From assembly GCA_019310965.1 (NCBI GenBank), contig JAFDDG010000009.1:3180-67179 (forward strand): DNA of 64,000 nucleotides, written 5' to 3'. The DNA is from Deltaproteobacteria bacterium (lineage in GTDB: Bacteria; Myxococcota_A; UBA9160; SMWR01). The position numbers were made by a program, and so were the translations under genes. Shown one piece after another: positions 49,155-58,817 of the stretch. Within the stretch, counting starts at the first letter, position 1. The number at the start of each line of letters is the position of its first letter. Under the pieces are notes generated by a model. That model was not told where the DNA came from. It did no database searches and was given only the letters and a program-made list of their open reading frames with translations.

Positions 49155-49627
49155 GTCTTGCGCGTCGCGGCCGACACCGGTGGGCCGGCATCGTCGCCTG
49201 CCTGCTCGTTGCATCGACGGCGCACGGCGAGACGACGACGCCCGCGCCGAGATGTGTGTGCCTGGAGAGCGTGAAGCCCCTCGAGGCTTTCGACCGCTAC
49301 GACATGATCTTCTTCGGGCAGGCGAGCTTCGTGGGCGTGTCTGCGCTCGGCGACTCGGGTGACGAGGACGAGTTCGTCGAATTTTCGGTCGAGGGCATCT
49401 GGAAGGGCCTGGTCCAGCGCCGGTTGCGCGTGCACACCACCGAGGGCGATCCGCTGTGTGCCTACCGCTTCACACTGGGCAAGCGCTACCTGGTCTACGC
49501 GCGCCTCGAGAGCATCTCGTTCTCGAACCGCTACCGGACTTCGGCCTGCGCGCGCACCACCGAGGCATCTCGGGCGCTGCCGGATCTGGCGATCCTGGGC
49601 CCGCCGCACTCGCGCCTCGAGGAGTGA
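49151..49627 (+). CDS. Secreted TIMP/NTR-like protein
   Basis: Signal peptide, then CVC..IFFG..WKG..CAYRF..G.RYLVYA..TSACART. Confidence 0.65.
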   Translation: MSLARRGRHRWAGIVACLLVASTAHGETTTPAPRCVCLESVKPLEAFDRYDMIFFGQASFVGVSALGDSGDEDEFVEFSVEGIWKGLVQRRLRVHTTEGDPLCAYRFTLGKRYLVYARLESISFSNRYRTSACARTTEASRALPDLAILGPPHSRLEE

Positions 49628-49709
49628 CGTCGCGGGCGGTTGGCGTCCCCGCAGCGGGCGGAGTCCGGTAGGCTAGGAGCGCCGCAATCCTCGACGGCAC
49701 GAGGCAACA

Positions 49710-50087
49710 TTGGAACAAGCGAACACACCCGCGGCCACGAGCAGCGGTATTTTCGAACTGCTCGAGCCCGATATCGTCAATCAGGCGGAGGGCTCGGTGC
49801 AGATCGCGTTCACCGTGAAGCCGGAGTTCATGATCCCGCCCGGGATCGTGCAGGGCGGCATCGTGGCGGCGATGCTCGACATGACGATGGCGATGGCTGC
49901 CGGCGGCGGCATTTCGACCGCATCGATGCACTTCGAAATCCTGCGACCGGTCTCCGGCCCGCGGCTGCGCGTGCACGGCAGCATCGCCAAGCACGGGCGA
50001 CGCATCGTGTTCGCGGAGGCCGAGATGTACGACGGCGACGACGCGCTGGTCGCACGCGGACGGCAGACGGCCGTGCCCATCGCCTGA
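49710..50087 (+). CDS. PaaI family thioesterase
   Basis: GIVQGGIVAAMLD hot-dog fold motif. Confidence 0.88.
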   Translation: MEQANTPAATSSGIFELLEPDIVNQAEGSVQIAFTVKPEFMIPPGIVQGGIVAAMLDMTMAMAAGGGISTASMHFEILRPVSGPRLRVHGSIAKHGRRIVFAEAEMYDGDDALVARGRQTAVPIA

Positions 50088-50104
50088 CGCGCGCGCAGGC
50101 AAGG

Positions 50105-50587
50105 GTGAACGCACCGCGTCAGACCCTGCAGAACATCCTGGCAGCCACCGCCGCCGGTGTCCTCGGCCTCGCGGCCGGCGCGCTGCTGACGGGGGCGGGA
50201 GTGCTGGTGCCCTACTGGCGCTCCCTCGAGCCCGCGGAATTCATGGCCTGGTACGCGGCGCACGCGGAGCTGCTGCCGCGCTTCTTCGCACCGCTCGGGA
50301 TTGGCGGCGCCGTACTGGCAATCGCCGCCGCGGTACTCGAGCGTTGGCCGCTGCGCGGGGAGAGCGGTTTCCAGCTCGCCTCTGCGCTGCTGGCTGTCGC
50401 CGTGCTGGCCGCCTCTCCGCTCTACTTCACCGATGTCAGCGCGAGCTTCGCGGCGGGCACGATCCCCCACGCCGCCCTCGCAGACGAGCTCACCCGCTGG
50501 GCCTGTTGGCACTGGGCGCGCACGGTGCTCGCGATCGCCGCATTCGCGGCAGCGCTGATGGGACTGCGCGAACGGCTTACGTGCTAG
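50105..50587 (+). CDS. DUF1772 / anthrone oxygenase-like membrane protein
   Basis: GLAAGALL..VPYWRSL; C-terminal RW..WHWART. Confidence 0.75.
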   Translation: MNAPRQTLQNILAATAAGVLGLAAGALLTGAGVLVPYWRSLEPAEFMAWYAAHAELLPRFFAPLGIGGAVLAIAAAVLERWPLRGESGFQLASALLAVAVLAASPLYFTDVSASFAAGTIPHAALADELTRWACWHWARTVLAIAAFAAALMGLRERLTC

Positions 50588-50943
50588 ACACACTCAAGGC
50601 TCCGGCGCCGATCACCGATTGCCAGGACATGCAGGCACCGCCCATCGCCGACCTGCGTGCGACCTTCGCCGGGCTCGCGAGCGAGCTCGTGCTCTGCATT
50701 GCGGGCGCCGGGGCGTTTTTCGCCGTGGCGCCCGGGCTCTCGAGTGCGGGCCCGGACGCGAAGTTCGTGTGGCTCATGGCAGTCGTGCTTCACGCTCTGG
50801 CCTCCCTGCGCTTCGCGGAGAACGCCGCAGCGTTCATCAACCTCGATTGCCCCACCTGTTCGTACAGCTTCCACGGCTTTCCCGAACATCTGCCGCGCCC
50901 ATCCCGCAGATGTTGCGCGCACTGTGGCTCGGAGCTCGCATAG
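50581..50943 (+). CDS. Hypothetical membrane protein with a C-terminal Zn ribbon; start uncertain
   Basis: Two TM segments followed by CPTC...CAHC. Confidence 0.55.
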   Translation: MLDTLKAPAPITDCQDMQAPPIADLRATFAGLASELVLCIAGAGAFFAVAPGLSSAGPDAKFVWLMAVVLHALASLRFAENAAAFINLDCPTCSYSFHGFPEHLPRPSRRCCAHCGSELA

Positions 50944-50998
50944 CCGGATCGGCGGAGCCTTCGCGTGGTAGCCTGGCGCCAACCTGCAACCACGCGCC

Positions 50999-51547
50999 AT
51001 GACCCACGCCGTGCCGCCTTCCGTCCCTTTCGCCTGGAGCGCCCACCCGCGCAGCGGCTGGGCCTTCTGGTGGCGCTGGGTCCTGGCCACGAACGTCGGC
51101 TGGTTTCCGGGCATCGTCCTGGGCACATGGCTCGCCCAGCCCCTCGCAGAGAGCACACCCACGCTCGCCGCGGTGGCGGCCGGGGCCGTGGCGGGGCTTT
51201 GCTTCGGTGCGACCCAGGCTTTCGCGCTTCGGGCGACGCTTCCAACACCGCTCGCGTGGTGGCTTGCCACGGCCCTCGGGTGGCCGCTGGGCATCGGCGC
51301 CGCGCGGCTGCTGTTGGATGCGCTGGGCGTCGACACGCAGCCGCTGCTCGACACCATGCTCACCGGGTTCATCGCGGGCGGCTGTGTGGGCCTGCCGCAG
51401 GCTCGGCTGCTGCCTCCGTCGCGGGGCGCGCGCCAGTGGCCCTGGGTATCGGCAATCAGCTGGGGCCTGCTATTTCCCGGCGCGCTGGCAGGGCTCTGGC
51501 TGGTTCTGTCGTGGCGCGCGCCCGACGACCGGACCCACGCGAAGTGA
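50999..51547 (+). CDS. Hypothetical multi-pass membrane protein
   Basis: Repeated W.W.LAT..GW and G..Q units. Confidence 0.7.
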   Translation: MTHAVPPSVPFAWSAHPRSGWAFWWRWVLATNVGWFPGIVLGTWLAQPLAESTPTLAAVAAGAVAGLCFGATQAFALRATLPTPLAWWLATALGWPLGIGAARLLLDALGVDTQPLLDTMLTGFIAGGCVGLPQARLLPPSRGARQWPWVSAISWGLLFPGALAGLWLVLSWRAPDDRTHAK

Positions 51548-51605
51548 CAGCTCGCCCGGGCCCCTGCGGGGCCGTGGTACCCTCGCAACCGACCCGAGGA
51601 GACCC

Positions 51606-51965
51606 ATGCGCCGCGACTCCCCCGCGCCCCGACTGCGGCCGAAGGCCCCGCACTCGCTTGTCGCGCTCGCCTGCGTGACGGGCTGTGCGTGGTTCGGCGG
51701 CGGACCGGCGCCGGCCCCCTCGCTGTCGCAGGCCCGCGTCGAGCCGCACATCCATGCGGAGCTCGACGAGGTCATCGCCCATTCGCTACCCGACGTGTCC
51801 TACGAATCCCAGAATCCGGCCATGACCGAGCCGCTCGGCCGGGCAGACCCATCACTCATCCTGCGAAAGGTCGAGACTCTCGACGGCGAGGGCCGCATCG
51901 TCTGCCGGAAACACGGACGCAACATCTTCGGCGAGTGCGTCTTCCCGCCGCTGACACCCCCCTGA
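51606..51965 (+). CDS. Hypothetical lipoprotein
   Basis: GAGGAG RBS; VTGC lipobox. Confidence 0.6.
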   Translation: MRRDSPAPRLRPKAPHSLVALACVTGCAWFGGGPAPAPSLSQARVEPHIHAELDEVIAHSLPDVSYESQNPAMTEPLGRADPSLILRKVETLDGEGRIVCRKHGRNIFGECVFPPLTPP

Positions 51966-51982
51966 AACACGAGGACACGAGA

Positions 51983-53212
51983 ATGGATTTCGACCGACGC
52001 GGCTTCATGCGAGGCGCCGGTGCCGTCGGAGCCGTCGCGGGCCTGGGATGGCTCGACGCCGCCGAGGCGATCGCCAAGCAGGCGGCAGCTGGCGTGACGT
52101 CCGAGAGCCGCAAGGCCTACGCCGAGCTGATCGAATTGCTCGCGGCCGTCGACACCGACTACCTGTCGGAAAAACGCAAGGTCACGCGCCCCAGCGACAT
52201 TTCGGACGGGCACCGCTACATCATGCACGTCCTCGACGCCGGCCTCGACTTGCACTTCGAGTCGAACCCGGACTTCCCGGTCTTCAAACGCATCGTGTCA
52301 CCATCGCGCAAGGCCAACGGAGACAACCCGGACGCCATCTATTTCACCACCGCCATTCGGGGCAATCGCCGCTACCGCGTGCGCGGCAATCTGGCCGGCG
52401 CCACCTACACCTCGTTCACCATCGAGGCGGGCAGTGGCGAAGGCCGCTATGCGTCGCGCACTGCCGGTGTACTGAACGACCTGGAGATCGAGACAGATGC
52501 ACAGGGCCACTACGAGCTCACGCTCGGGCCGGACAGCGAAGGCCAGAACGCCTTCAAGCTGCCGGAGGACACGGCGCGACTCACCACGCGCCACTATTTC
52601 GAGCGCAAGCGCTCGGTGGCCGCCGACCCGAACGTGGTGATCCCGCTGGTGATCGAGCCGCTCGACGCCGGCGAACCTCCGCCGGACTGGAACGATGCGC
52701 GCATCGCCGCCGGTATCCGCCGCGTCGCGAACCACGTGCGCTCGATGACCCTCGATTCACCGGTCGGCGACCCGACACGGCTGCCCAGCTGGGTGTCGAC
52801 GCGGCCCAACGTCTTCAATGCGCCGGAGAAGCCCGGCCAGATGGCGTTCGCCGCCTTCGACGCGGCCTACAGCATGGCGCCCTACGCGCTGGGCCCCGAC
52901 GAGGCGCTCGTCATCGAAGGGAAGTTTCCGAAGTGCCGCTTCGCAAATGTGGTGCTCTGGAACCGCTACTTGCAGAGCTACGACTACGTCTACCGCCAGA
53001 TCTCGCTCAATCGCCAGCAGACGCAGCTCGAGCCCGACGGCAGCTTCCGAATGCTCCTCGCGCACAGCGACCCGGAAGCGCCGAACTGGCTCGACAGCAT
53101 GGGCCGCAGCAGCGGCACGATCTACTGGCGCTTCATGCTGCCCGAAGGAGACATCGTCACGCCGAAGGCGCAGGTCGTGCGCCTCGCCGACGTTCGCGGC
53201 GCGCGAGGATGA
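51983..53212 (+). CDS. Tat-exported DUF1214-like protein
   Basis: DRRGFM twin-arginine signal; GDNPDAIY and HSDPEAPNWLD motifs. Confidence 0.8.
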   Translation: MDFDRRGFMRGAGAVGAVAGLGWLDAAEAIAKQAAAGVTSESRKAYAELIELLAAVDTDYLSEKRKVTRPSDISDGHRYIMHVLDAGLDLHFESNPDFPVFKRIVSPSRKANGDNPDAIYFTTAIRGNRRYRVRGNLAGATYTSFTIEAGSGEGRYASRTAGVLNDLEIETDAQGHYELTLGPDSEGQNAFKLPEDTARLTTRHYFERKRSVAADPNVVIPLVIEPLDAGEPPPDWNDARIAAGIRRVANHVRSMTLDSPVGDPTRLPSWVSTRPNVFNAPEKPGQMAFAAFDAAYSMAPYALGPDEALVIEGKFPKCRFANVVLWNRYLQSYDYVYRQISLNRQQTQLEPDGSFRMLLAHSDPEAPNWLDSMGRSSGTIYWRFMLPEGDIVTPKAQVVRLADVRGARG

Positions 53213-53862
53213 TGCGCTGCATCGCGGCATTGCTGCTGCTGGCGGGGTGGTGCGGCTGTCAGAGCGCCCCGGAACCGCAGCCGCTGGCGCTCCACGATGC
53301 AAAGTGGGCGAGCTTCCTGCAGATCCTGCCCAGCGCACTCGGCCCGGCGAGCGAGCTCGAGAAGCGTCGCCAGCGACGCGGCATTCCGCTGCGCTTTCGC
53401 GTGGATGGCGCCGACGTCACGGCGGTCCAGGAACGAGTCCAGAGCGACCCCCACTGCGGCGACATGCTCGAGGTCTTCGTCCGCGAGCTGCCGCCGCCCT
53501 CCGCGACGGCCGTCGGCAGCGAAGAGGTGCTCGAGCTGGGTTTCGGCCAAGAGGTGATCGAACGCTGGCCGGTGCCGCCGGACAAGCCGGTCGTCGCGAT
53601 CCGGGACGACGAGATCTTCGTGCCGCACAGCGTGCCCTTGCCCGACTCGCGAACCCTCGCCGTGCTTCTCGCAATCCGACAGGACGGGTCGTTCCGGGTG
53701 ACGTCGCGGCGCGACTTCGCCGCACCCGAGCGCATCGTGTGTCCCGACGCCGAGGCGCTGCGCAACGCCTCGGTGCCCGAGCGAAGCTGCCGACGCTTCC
53801 CCAACGCGTCGTCCTACCGCGTGTTGGCGTACGAGGGCGCATGCCTGGCGGCCCAGCCCTGA
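53209..53862 (+). CDS. Hypothetical lipoprotein
   Basis: Signal peptide with Cys; overlaps the upstream stop. Confidence 0.6.
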   Translation: MMRCIAALLLLAGWCGCQSAPEPQPLALHDAKWASFLQILPSALGPASELEKRRQRRGIPLRFRVDGADVTAVQERVQSDPHCGDMLEVFVRELPPPSATAVGSEEVLELGFGQEVIERWPVPPDKPVVAIRDDEIFVPHSVPLPDSRTLAVLLAIRQDGSFRVTSRRDFAAPERIVCPDAEALRNASVPERSCRRFPNASSYRVLAYEGACLAAQP

Positions 53863-54021
53863 AGCAGCCGCCGAGCCGGAGCGGCTCGGCCCAGTGAAGG
53901 GTCTCCCCTCGTGGCGCAGCCAGCCGCCGTGCCGACGACCGGCGGGATCGCGAACATGGTAGGCTGACTTCCTCTGGAACAGGCGATCTGGGTGCCACAC
54001 CCGGGCGGGAGGGAATCGACC

Positions 54022-54591
54022 ATGCGGGTGACTTTCGATCTGAGCGCGAAAGATATCAGCTACTTCCGGCACATGATGAAGGAGGCGCGAGACAGCGCGC
54101 GCGGCAAGAGCGAGGCGACCATCCGCAAGGGCGCCGAAGACCTCCTCGCCGATCTCAGGGACGCCGAAATCTCTGACTTCGTTCGCGAGCGGCTCTCGAC
54201 ACTGGAGACGATGCTCGCCCTGCTCGATGACAGCGAGTGGCAACTTGCGGGCCCGGACCGTTCGCGCATCGTCGACGCGCTGGCCTATTTCGCCGAGCCC
54301 GAGGACCTGATCCCGGACCGGATTCCCGGTCTGGGTTTCCTGGACGACGCGATCATGATCGAGCTGGTCGCCGAGGACCTGAAACACGACCTCGAAGCGT
54401 ACGCCGATTTCTGCGAATTCCGCACCACCGGAGAGAAGGCTCACAGCAAGGGGCAGGACACCGAATCGCGTGAAGCATGGCTCTCCGCCCGCCGCACGCA
54501 GCTGCACCAGCGGATGCGGCGCCGTCGCCGCGGGCGCCGCTCTCGACAGGGGGGCGCCAGGAAACCCAAGCCGCCGCTCTCGCTCTGGTAG
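54022..54591 (+). CDS. YkvA/DUF1232 family protein
   Basis: ALAYFAEPEDLIPDRIPGLGFLDDA motif. Confidence 0.88.
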   Translation: MRVTFDLSAKDISYFRHMMKEARDSARGKSEATIRKGAEDLLADLRDAEISDFVRERLSTLETMLALLDDSEWQLAGPDRSRIVDALAYFAEPEDLIPDRIPGLGFLDDAIMIELVAEDLKHDLEAYADFCEFRTTGEKAHSKGQDTESREAWLSARRTQLHQRMRRRRRGRRSRQGGARKPKPPLSLW

Positions 54592-54606
54592 GGTCCACCT
54601 GACATC

Positions 54607-55371
54607 GTGCGCCTGGACGGCTCAGCACGCGTCGCAGGCGGGCTCGCTCGCGGCCTCTACTCGTGTGTCTTCTGGCTGTTCCTGGTCGGCAGCTCGATCG
54701 CGCTATTTCCCGCGGCACTGCTGATCTGGGCGCTGACGACGCCTTTCGACCGTCGCAAGCGCGTGCTGCACCTCTTCACTTGCTTCTGGGCCTCGCTCTA
54801 TACGTGGCTGAACCCGGCCTGGACGGTAACCCTGGAGGGCCGCGAGAAGCTGCGCTCCGATCGCGCGGCAGTGCTGGTCGCCAACCACCTCTCGCTCCTG
54901 GACATCCTGGTGCTCTTCCGCACGTTCACGCACTTCAAGTGGGTCTCGAAGATCGAGAATTTCCGGCTTCCCTTCGTGGGCTGGAACATGTCACTGAACG
55001 GCTACATCAAGATCCGCCGCGGCAACCGCGCCAGCGTCGTACAGATGATGCGCGCCTGCGAAGCGACCCTGGCCGCCGGAAACTCGATCATGATGTTTCC
55101 CGAAGGCACGCGCTCGCTCACCGGGCTCATGCGTGCCTTCAAGCCCGGCGCCTTCGAGCTGGCGCTGTGCACGAAAACTCCGATCCAGCCGATCCTGCTG
55201 CGCGGCAGCGGAGATGCGCTGCCCAAGCGCGGCTTCGTGCTTCAGGGACACTACCCGATCCGCGTCACGGTCCTCGACCCGATTGCGCCGGAGAGCTTCG
55301 CCGGGCTCTCGGTGAACGAGCTCACCGATCGCGTCCGCACGCTGATGGCGAAGGAGCTGGGCCAGGCGTAG
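54607..55371 (+). CDS. plsC: 1-acyl-sn-glycerol-3-phosphate acyltransferase
   Basis: NHLSLLD, FPEGTRS and FKPGAF motifs. Confidence 0.85.
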   Translation: MRLDGSARVAGGLARGLYSCVFWLFLVGSSIALFPAALLIWALTTPFDRRKRVLHLFTCFWASLYTWLNPAWTVTLEGREKLRSDRAAVLVANHLSLLDILVLFRTFTHFKWVSKIENFRLPFVGWNMSLNGYIKIRRGNRASVVQMMRACEATLAAGNSIMMFPEGTRSLTGLMRAFKPGAFELALCTKTPIQPILLRGSGDALPKRGFVLQGHYPIRVTVLDPIAPESFAGLSVNELTDRVRTLMAKELGQA

Positions 55372-55419
55372 CGACGCCGGGTGCATCAGCTGCCGGACCG
55401 GTTTGCCGATGGATGTGCG

Positions 55420-55836
55420 ATGAGCGCAGACAGCGGCTTCGAGCAGAAGCTGAGCCAGGCGACCGGCAGTGAGGACGACGCGTCGCTCACGAGCCATGCG
55501 GTGGGCACCTCCCAGCACTTCCGCTGGCTCGAGGGCATCGTGAAGTGGATGTTGGTGCTCAACCTCTGTGACGCCCTCTTCACTCTGGTGTGGGTGCGCT
55601 GGGGGCTCGCCCGCGAAGCCAACACACTGCTCGACGAGCTGGTAAACGAGAACGCCGTGGCGTTCGTCGCCACGAAGCTCGGCCTCGTCAGCCTCGGCTC
55701 CTGGGTGCTCTGGCAACGACGCTCGCGGCCGCTGGCGGTGATCGCGATCTTCATCGCGTTCGTGCTCTACTACCTGGTGCTGCTCTACCACGTGCAGTAC
55801 GCGAGCGGCCTGCTGCGGCAGCTCCTCTCCGCCTGA
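55420..55836 (+). CDS. DUF5658-like membrane protein
   Basis: LNLCDALFT..EAN..F...K pattern. Confidence 0.7.
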   Translation: MSADSGFEQKLSQATGSEDDASLTSHAVGTSQHFRWLEGIVKWMLVLNLCDALFTLVWVRWGLAREANTLLDELVNENAVAFVATKLGLVSLGSWVLWQRRSRPLAVIAIFIAFVLYYLVLLYHVQYASGLLRQLLSA

Positions 55837-55851
55837 TCCGGCGAAGCGGCA

Positions 55852-56415
55852 CTACATCTCTTCTTTGAGTCGCACCGCGCCGAACTGGTCCGGATGGCGC
55901 CCGACCTTGCCGGCGTAGAACTCCCGGATCTCATCCATATCGCTGCGCAGGTCACCTGTCGGCAGTAGCGCCGGGCCGAAACCGCCGCACTTGCGCGCAT
56001 AGTCGAGGTAGCTCATCACGATGGGCACACCCGCCGCGCAAGCGATGTGGTAGAAGCCGGACTTCCAGTGCGGAACGTAGCCGCGCGTCCCTTCGACCGG
56101 GATCACGAGCGCCAGCGAGTCGGCGTCGCGCAGCAGCTGGGCCATCTGCTCGACCATATTGCCGGCCTTGTGGCGCACGACCGGGACGCCGCCCAGCTTG
56201 CGCAGGAACCAGCCGAGGGGCCAGTGAAACAGCACGTGCTTGCCCATCCAGCGGATCTTGACGTCGAAGAAGCCGGCCATGGCGAACAGGAAGAGCATGT
56301 CCCAGTTCGACGTATGGGGCGCCGCAATCAGCACGAAGCGCGCCTCCGTCGGCCTCACGCCCTCTGGCTCCCAGCCCGAGAGCCTCAAAAAACAGCCTGC
56401 GAGCCAGCGGCGCAT
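55852..56415 (-). CDS. Acyltransferase family protein
   Basis: PHTSNWD, EGTR and WKSGFYHIA motifs. Confidence 0.9.
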   Translation of the reverse strand: MRRWLAGCFLRLSGWEPEGVRPTEARFVLIAAPHTSNWDMLFLFAMAGFFDVKIRWMGKHVLFHWPLGWFLRKLGGVPVVRHKAGNMVEQMAQLLRDADSLALVIPVEGTRGYVPHWKSGFYHIACAAGVPIVMSYLDYARKCGGFGPALLPTGDLRSDMDEIREFYAGKVGRHPDQFGAVRLKEEM

Positions 56416-56537
56416 TCCGGGGGCAGCCTCCTGCTGGAGGCGGGAGCCGGGCCTCCGAGCGCACAGGCTAGCGTTCTGCGTTCGGCGACGCCGTTCCGTG
56501 AAGTGGAAGCCCGGCGTGGTAGCCTTGATCGACCTCC

Positions 56538-57080
56538 ATGCGAACCCTAGCCGCCAGTCTCGCGTGTCTGCTCTTTCTCGCGGCGCCGCCGAGTCGATCC
56601 GAGACCGGCGGCGAACCGGCCTCCGAGGAGGCCACCGAAGAAGCGCCCCCTCAATCCCCCGAGCAGGAAGTCCGCACCCTGGGCGATTACGGCATCGCCT
56701 ACACCACCAGGGCGCTCCAGGCCGGTTCGGAATTCTATCCGTTCGCCTTCGTGATGCGGCGCGACGGCGCCATCCAGCGCATCGCCCCCGGCGAGCTGCC
56801 GCGGTTTCCGACCCAGATCGAGCTGCTGCAGACGCTCGAGCAGGGCTTCGCCGACGCGGCCGTCAAAGACAAGTACCGGGCCGTGGCCATCGTCGCCGAC
56901 GTGGTGATCGCCATGCCCGACGGCCGCGAGAGCGAGGCGATCCAGCTGGCCCTCGAACACCGCGAGGGCTTCTGTCGCAACGTCTTCTACCCCTACACGC
57001 TGTCCAAAGAAGGCACCCTCAACTTCGACGAGCCCCTTTCTGGCAAACGTACGGGCAAGATCTTTACCGCCTGCAATTGA
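56538..57080 (+). CDS. Secreted hypothetical protein
   Basis: Signal peptide; EFYPFA..AIQLALEH; strong codon bias. Confidence 0.7.
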   Translation: MRTLAASLACLLFLAAPPSRSETGGEPASEEATEEAPPQSPEQEVRTLGDYGIAYTTRALQAGSEFYPFAFVMRRDGAIQRIAPGELPRFPTQIELLQTLEQGFADAAVKDKYRAVAIVADVVIAMPDGRESEAIQLALEHREGFCRNVFYPYTLSKEGTLNFDEPLSGKRTGKIFTACN

Positions 57081-57688
57081 CCGCACATCACCTCACCACC
57101 ATCGTCGTCGTCTACACGGCAGCGCTCCTGCCGCTGGCCCTGCTCGGCATGCTGCGCCGGCGGGGCCGCCTCGAGCCGTGGGTGCTGACGGTGTACGGTG
57201 CCTCCCTCTTCTTCTGCGCCACTGGCTGGGAGATCTGGCTGAGCTACGGACTCATCGACGGCGAGCCCGTCGACGCGCGGCGTGCGGCGGCCCTGAGCGC
57301 CGCAATCCCGCACCATCTGAACTGGCTTGTCGACTCTCTGGCCGATGCCGGCATCTGCCTGTTCGGTCTGCTGCTGGTCGGATGTGCCTACCGCTTCCGG
57401 CTCACGCCCTTTCTCGATTGGAAATGGGGCGCTTTCATCCTGCTCTTCGTCTGGTTCGTGGGCCAAAACGCCCTCGTGGAGCTCACGCTCTACCAGGAGC
57501 AGCTGGCAGCCGGCAAGCGCCTCTCCTGGGCACCCCTGATCCCGACCGGGCCCTGGTGGAACCCCATCCTGCTGAATTTCGACGGCCGAACCCTACACTT
57601 CCAGACCCAACTGCCCTGGGTTCTGATGACCCCCCTTTTCTACGCAACCACGATCGCCTGCTGCCGCCGCTGGAAAGAACCCCGTTGA
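57077..57688 (+). CDS. Hypothetical membrane protein
   Basis: TTGA overlap with the upstream gene; several TM segments; WEIWLSYG. Confidence 0.65.
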   Translation: MTAHHLTTIVVVYTAALLPLALLGMLRRRGRLEPWVLTVYGASLFFCATGWEIWLSYGLIDGEPVDARRAAALSAAIPHHLNWLVDSLADAGICLFGLLLVGCAYRFRLTPFLDWKWGAFILLFVWFVGQNALVELTLYQEQLAAGKRLSWAPLIPTGPWWNPILLNFDGRTLHFQTQLPWVLMTPLFYATTIACCRRWKEPR

Positions 57689-57929
57689 CCCCCCGGGAAT
57701 GAGGCTCTGGCGCTTCCAGGATGGATGGCGTACGGTGCTCGACGCCTAGGAACGATACCTGCTCGATACTCTTCAGTGACCCAATTCCTGTTCATCAATC
57801 GGCATCGCATCGGTTTCCAAGCGCTCCACGAGTGCATCGGGCACCCGTGGTGAACCCTACACGTGCGCGCCGCTCCCTGAGCGACGTGCACATCTCGATA
57901 GCTCGACAGAGCTCGGATAAGGATCGGAC

Positions 57930-58199
57930 GTGAAGAAGATCTACGTTGGCAACCTTTCGTGGGGCGTCACAGACTCGGAACTGAAAGATTTTTTTGCAAA
58001 CTACGGAACGGTGCACTCCGCCGTCGTGATCACCGACCGGGAGACCGGTCGCTCGCGGGGCTTTGGCTTCGTCGAGATGGATGCCGCCGACGCGGAGAAC
58101 GCGATTCGCGAAGCCGATGGCAAGGACATGGGCGGACGCTCCCTGCGCGTCAACGAAGCGCAGGAGCGCCAGCGCCGCCCGCAGCGGGACCGCTGGTAG
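57930..58199 (+). CDS. Stand-alone RRM RNA-binding protein
   Basis: RNP-2 IYVGNL and RNP-1 RGFGFVEM; TAAGGA RBS. Confidence 0.95.
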   Translation: MKKIYVGNLSWGVTDSELKDFFANYGTVHSAVVITDRETGRSRGFGFVEMDAADAENAIREADGKDMGGRSLRVNEAQERQRRPQRDRW

Positions 58200-58209
58200 T
58201 CTGGAAAAT

Positions 58210-58242
58210 CCGGGGGCTCGCCGCGGCGAGCCCCCGGCTTCT
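58210..58242 (+). terminator. Intrinsic terminator after the RRM gene
   Basis: CCGGGGGCTCGC..GCGAGCCCCCGG hairpin plus a short CTTCT tail. Confidence 0.65.
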
Positions 58243-58351
58243 CGTCACGCGCCGCGCCGGCCGGCACACACCGCCCAGCGGTGGGCACCGCGTAACGCCG
58301 AGCGGATCGCTGAGCGCCTATGAGGCATTCCTCTCACCCGAGGACGCTTGA

Positions 58352-58801
58352 ATGTCTCACCTCGGCCGCACCCGCGGCCTGCCGCTCGTGATCACGCTGC
58401 TCGCCTGCGCGGGCAGCCCGCCGACCGACATCGGCGATTTCGCCGCGCGGCTCGCCCCGTGTCCGAGTTCGCCGAACTGTGTTTCCAGCGATGACGAGAG
58501 CGAGCGGCACCACATCGCCGCGCTCGGCTTCGGCGGCGATCCGCTGGAGGCGTGGCACAGGGCGCTCGCCGCGGTAGCAGCTCTGCCGCGAACACAGATC
58601 CTTCGAGAATACTCGGGCTACTTGCACGCCCAGTGCACGAGCGCTCTGCTGCGCTACCGCGACGACCTGGAGCTTCAGCTGCGACCCGATCGCGGAGAGA
58701 TCGCCGTGCGCTCGGCATCGCGCATCGGGTACAGCGATCTGGGAGTGAACCGCGCCCGGATCGAAGCCTTGCGAGCCGCCTTCGGCGCCGGCGGCTCCTA
58801 G
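58352..58801 (+). CDS. DUF1499 family lipoprotein
   Basis: PCPSSPNCVSS, DDLE and RSASRIGYSDLGVNRARI motifs. Confidence 0.92.
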   Translation: MSHLGRTRGLPLVITLLACAGSPPTDIGDFAARLAPCPSSPNCVSSDDESERHHIAALGFGGDPLEAWHRALAAVAALPRTQILREYSGYLHAQCTSALLRYRDDLELQLRPDRGEIAVRSASRIGYSDLGVNRARIEALRAAFGAGGS

Positions 58802-58817
58802 CCGTTCGCGGTTCGCG

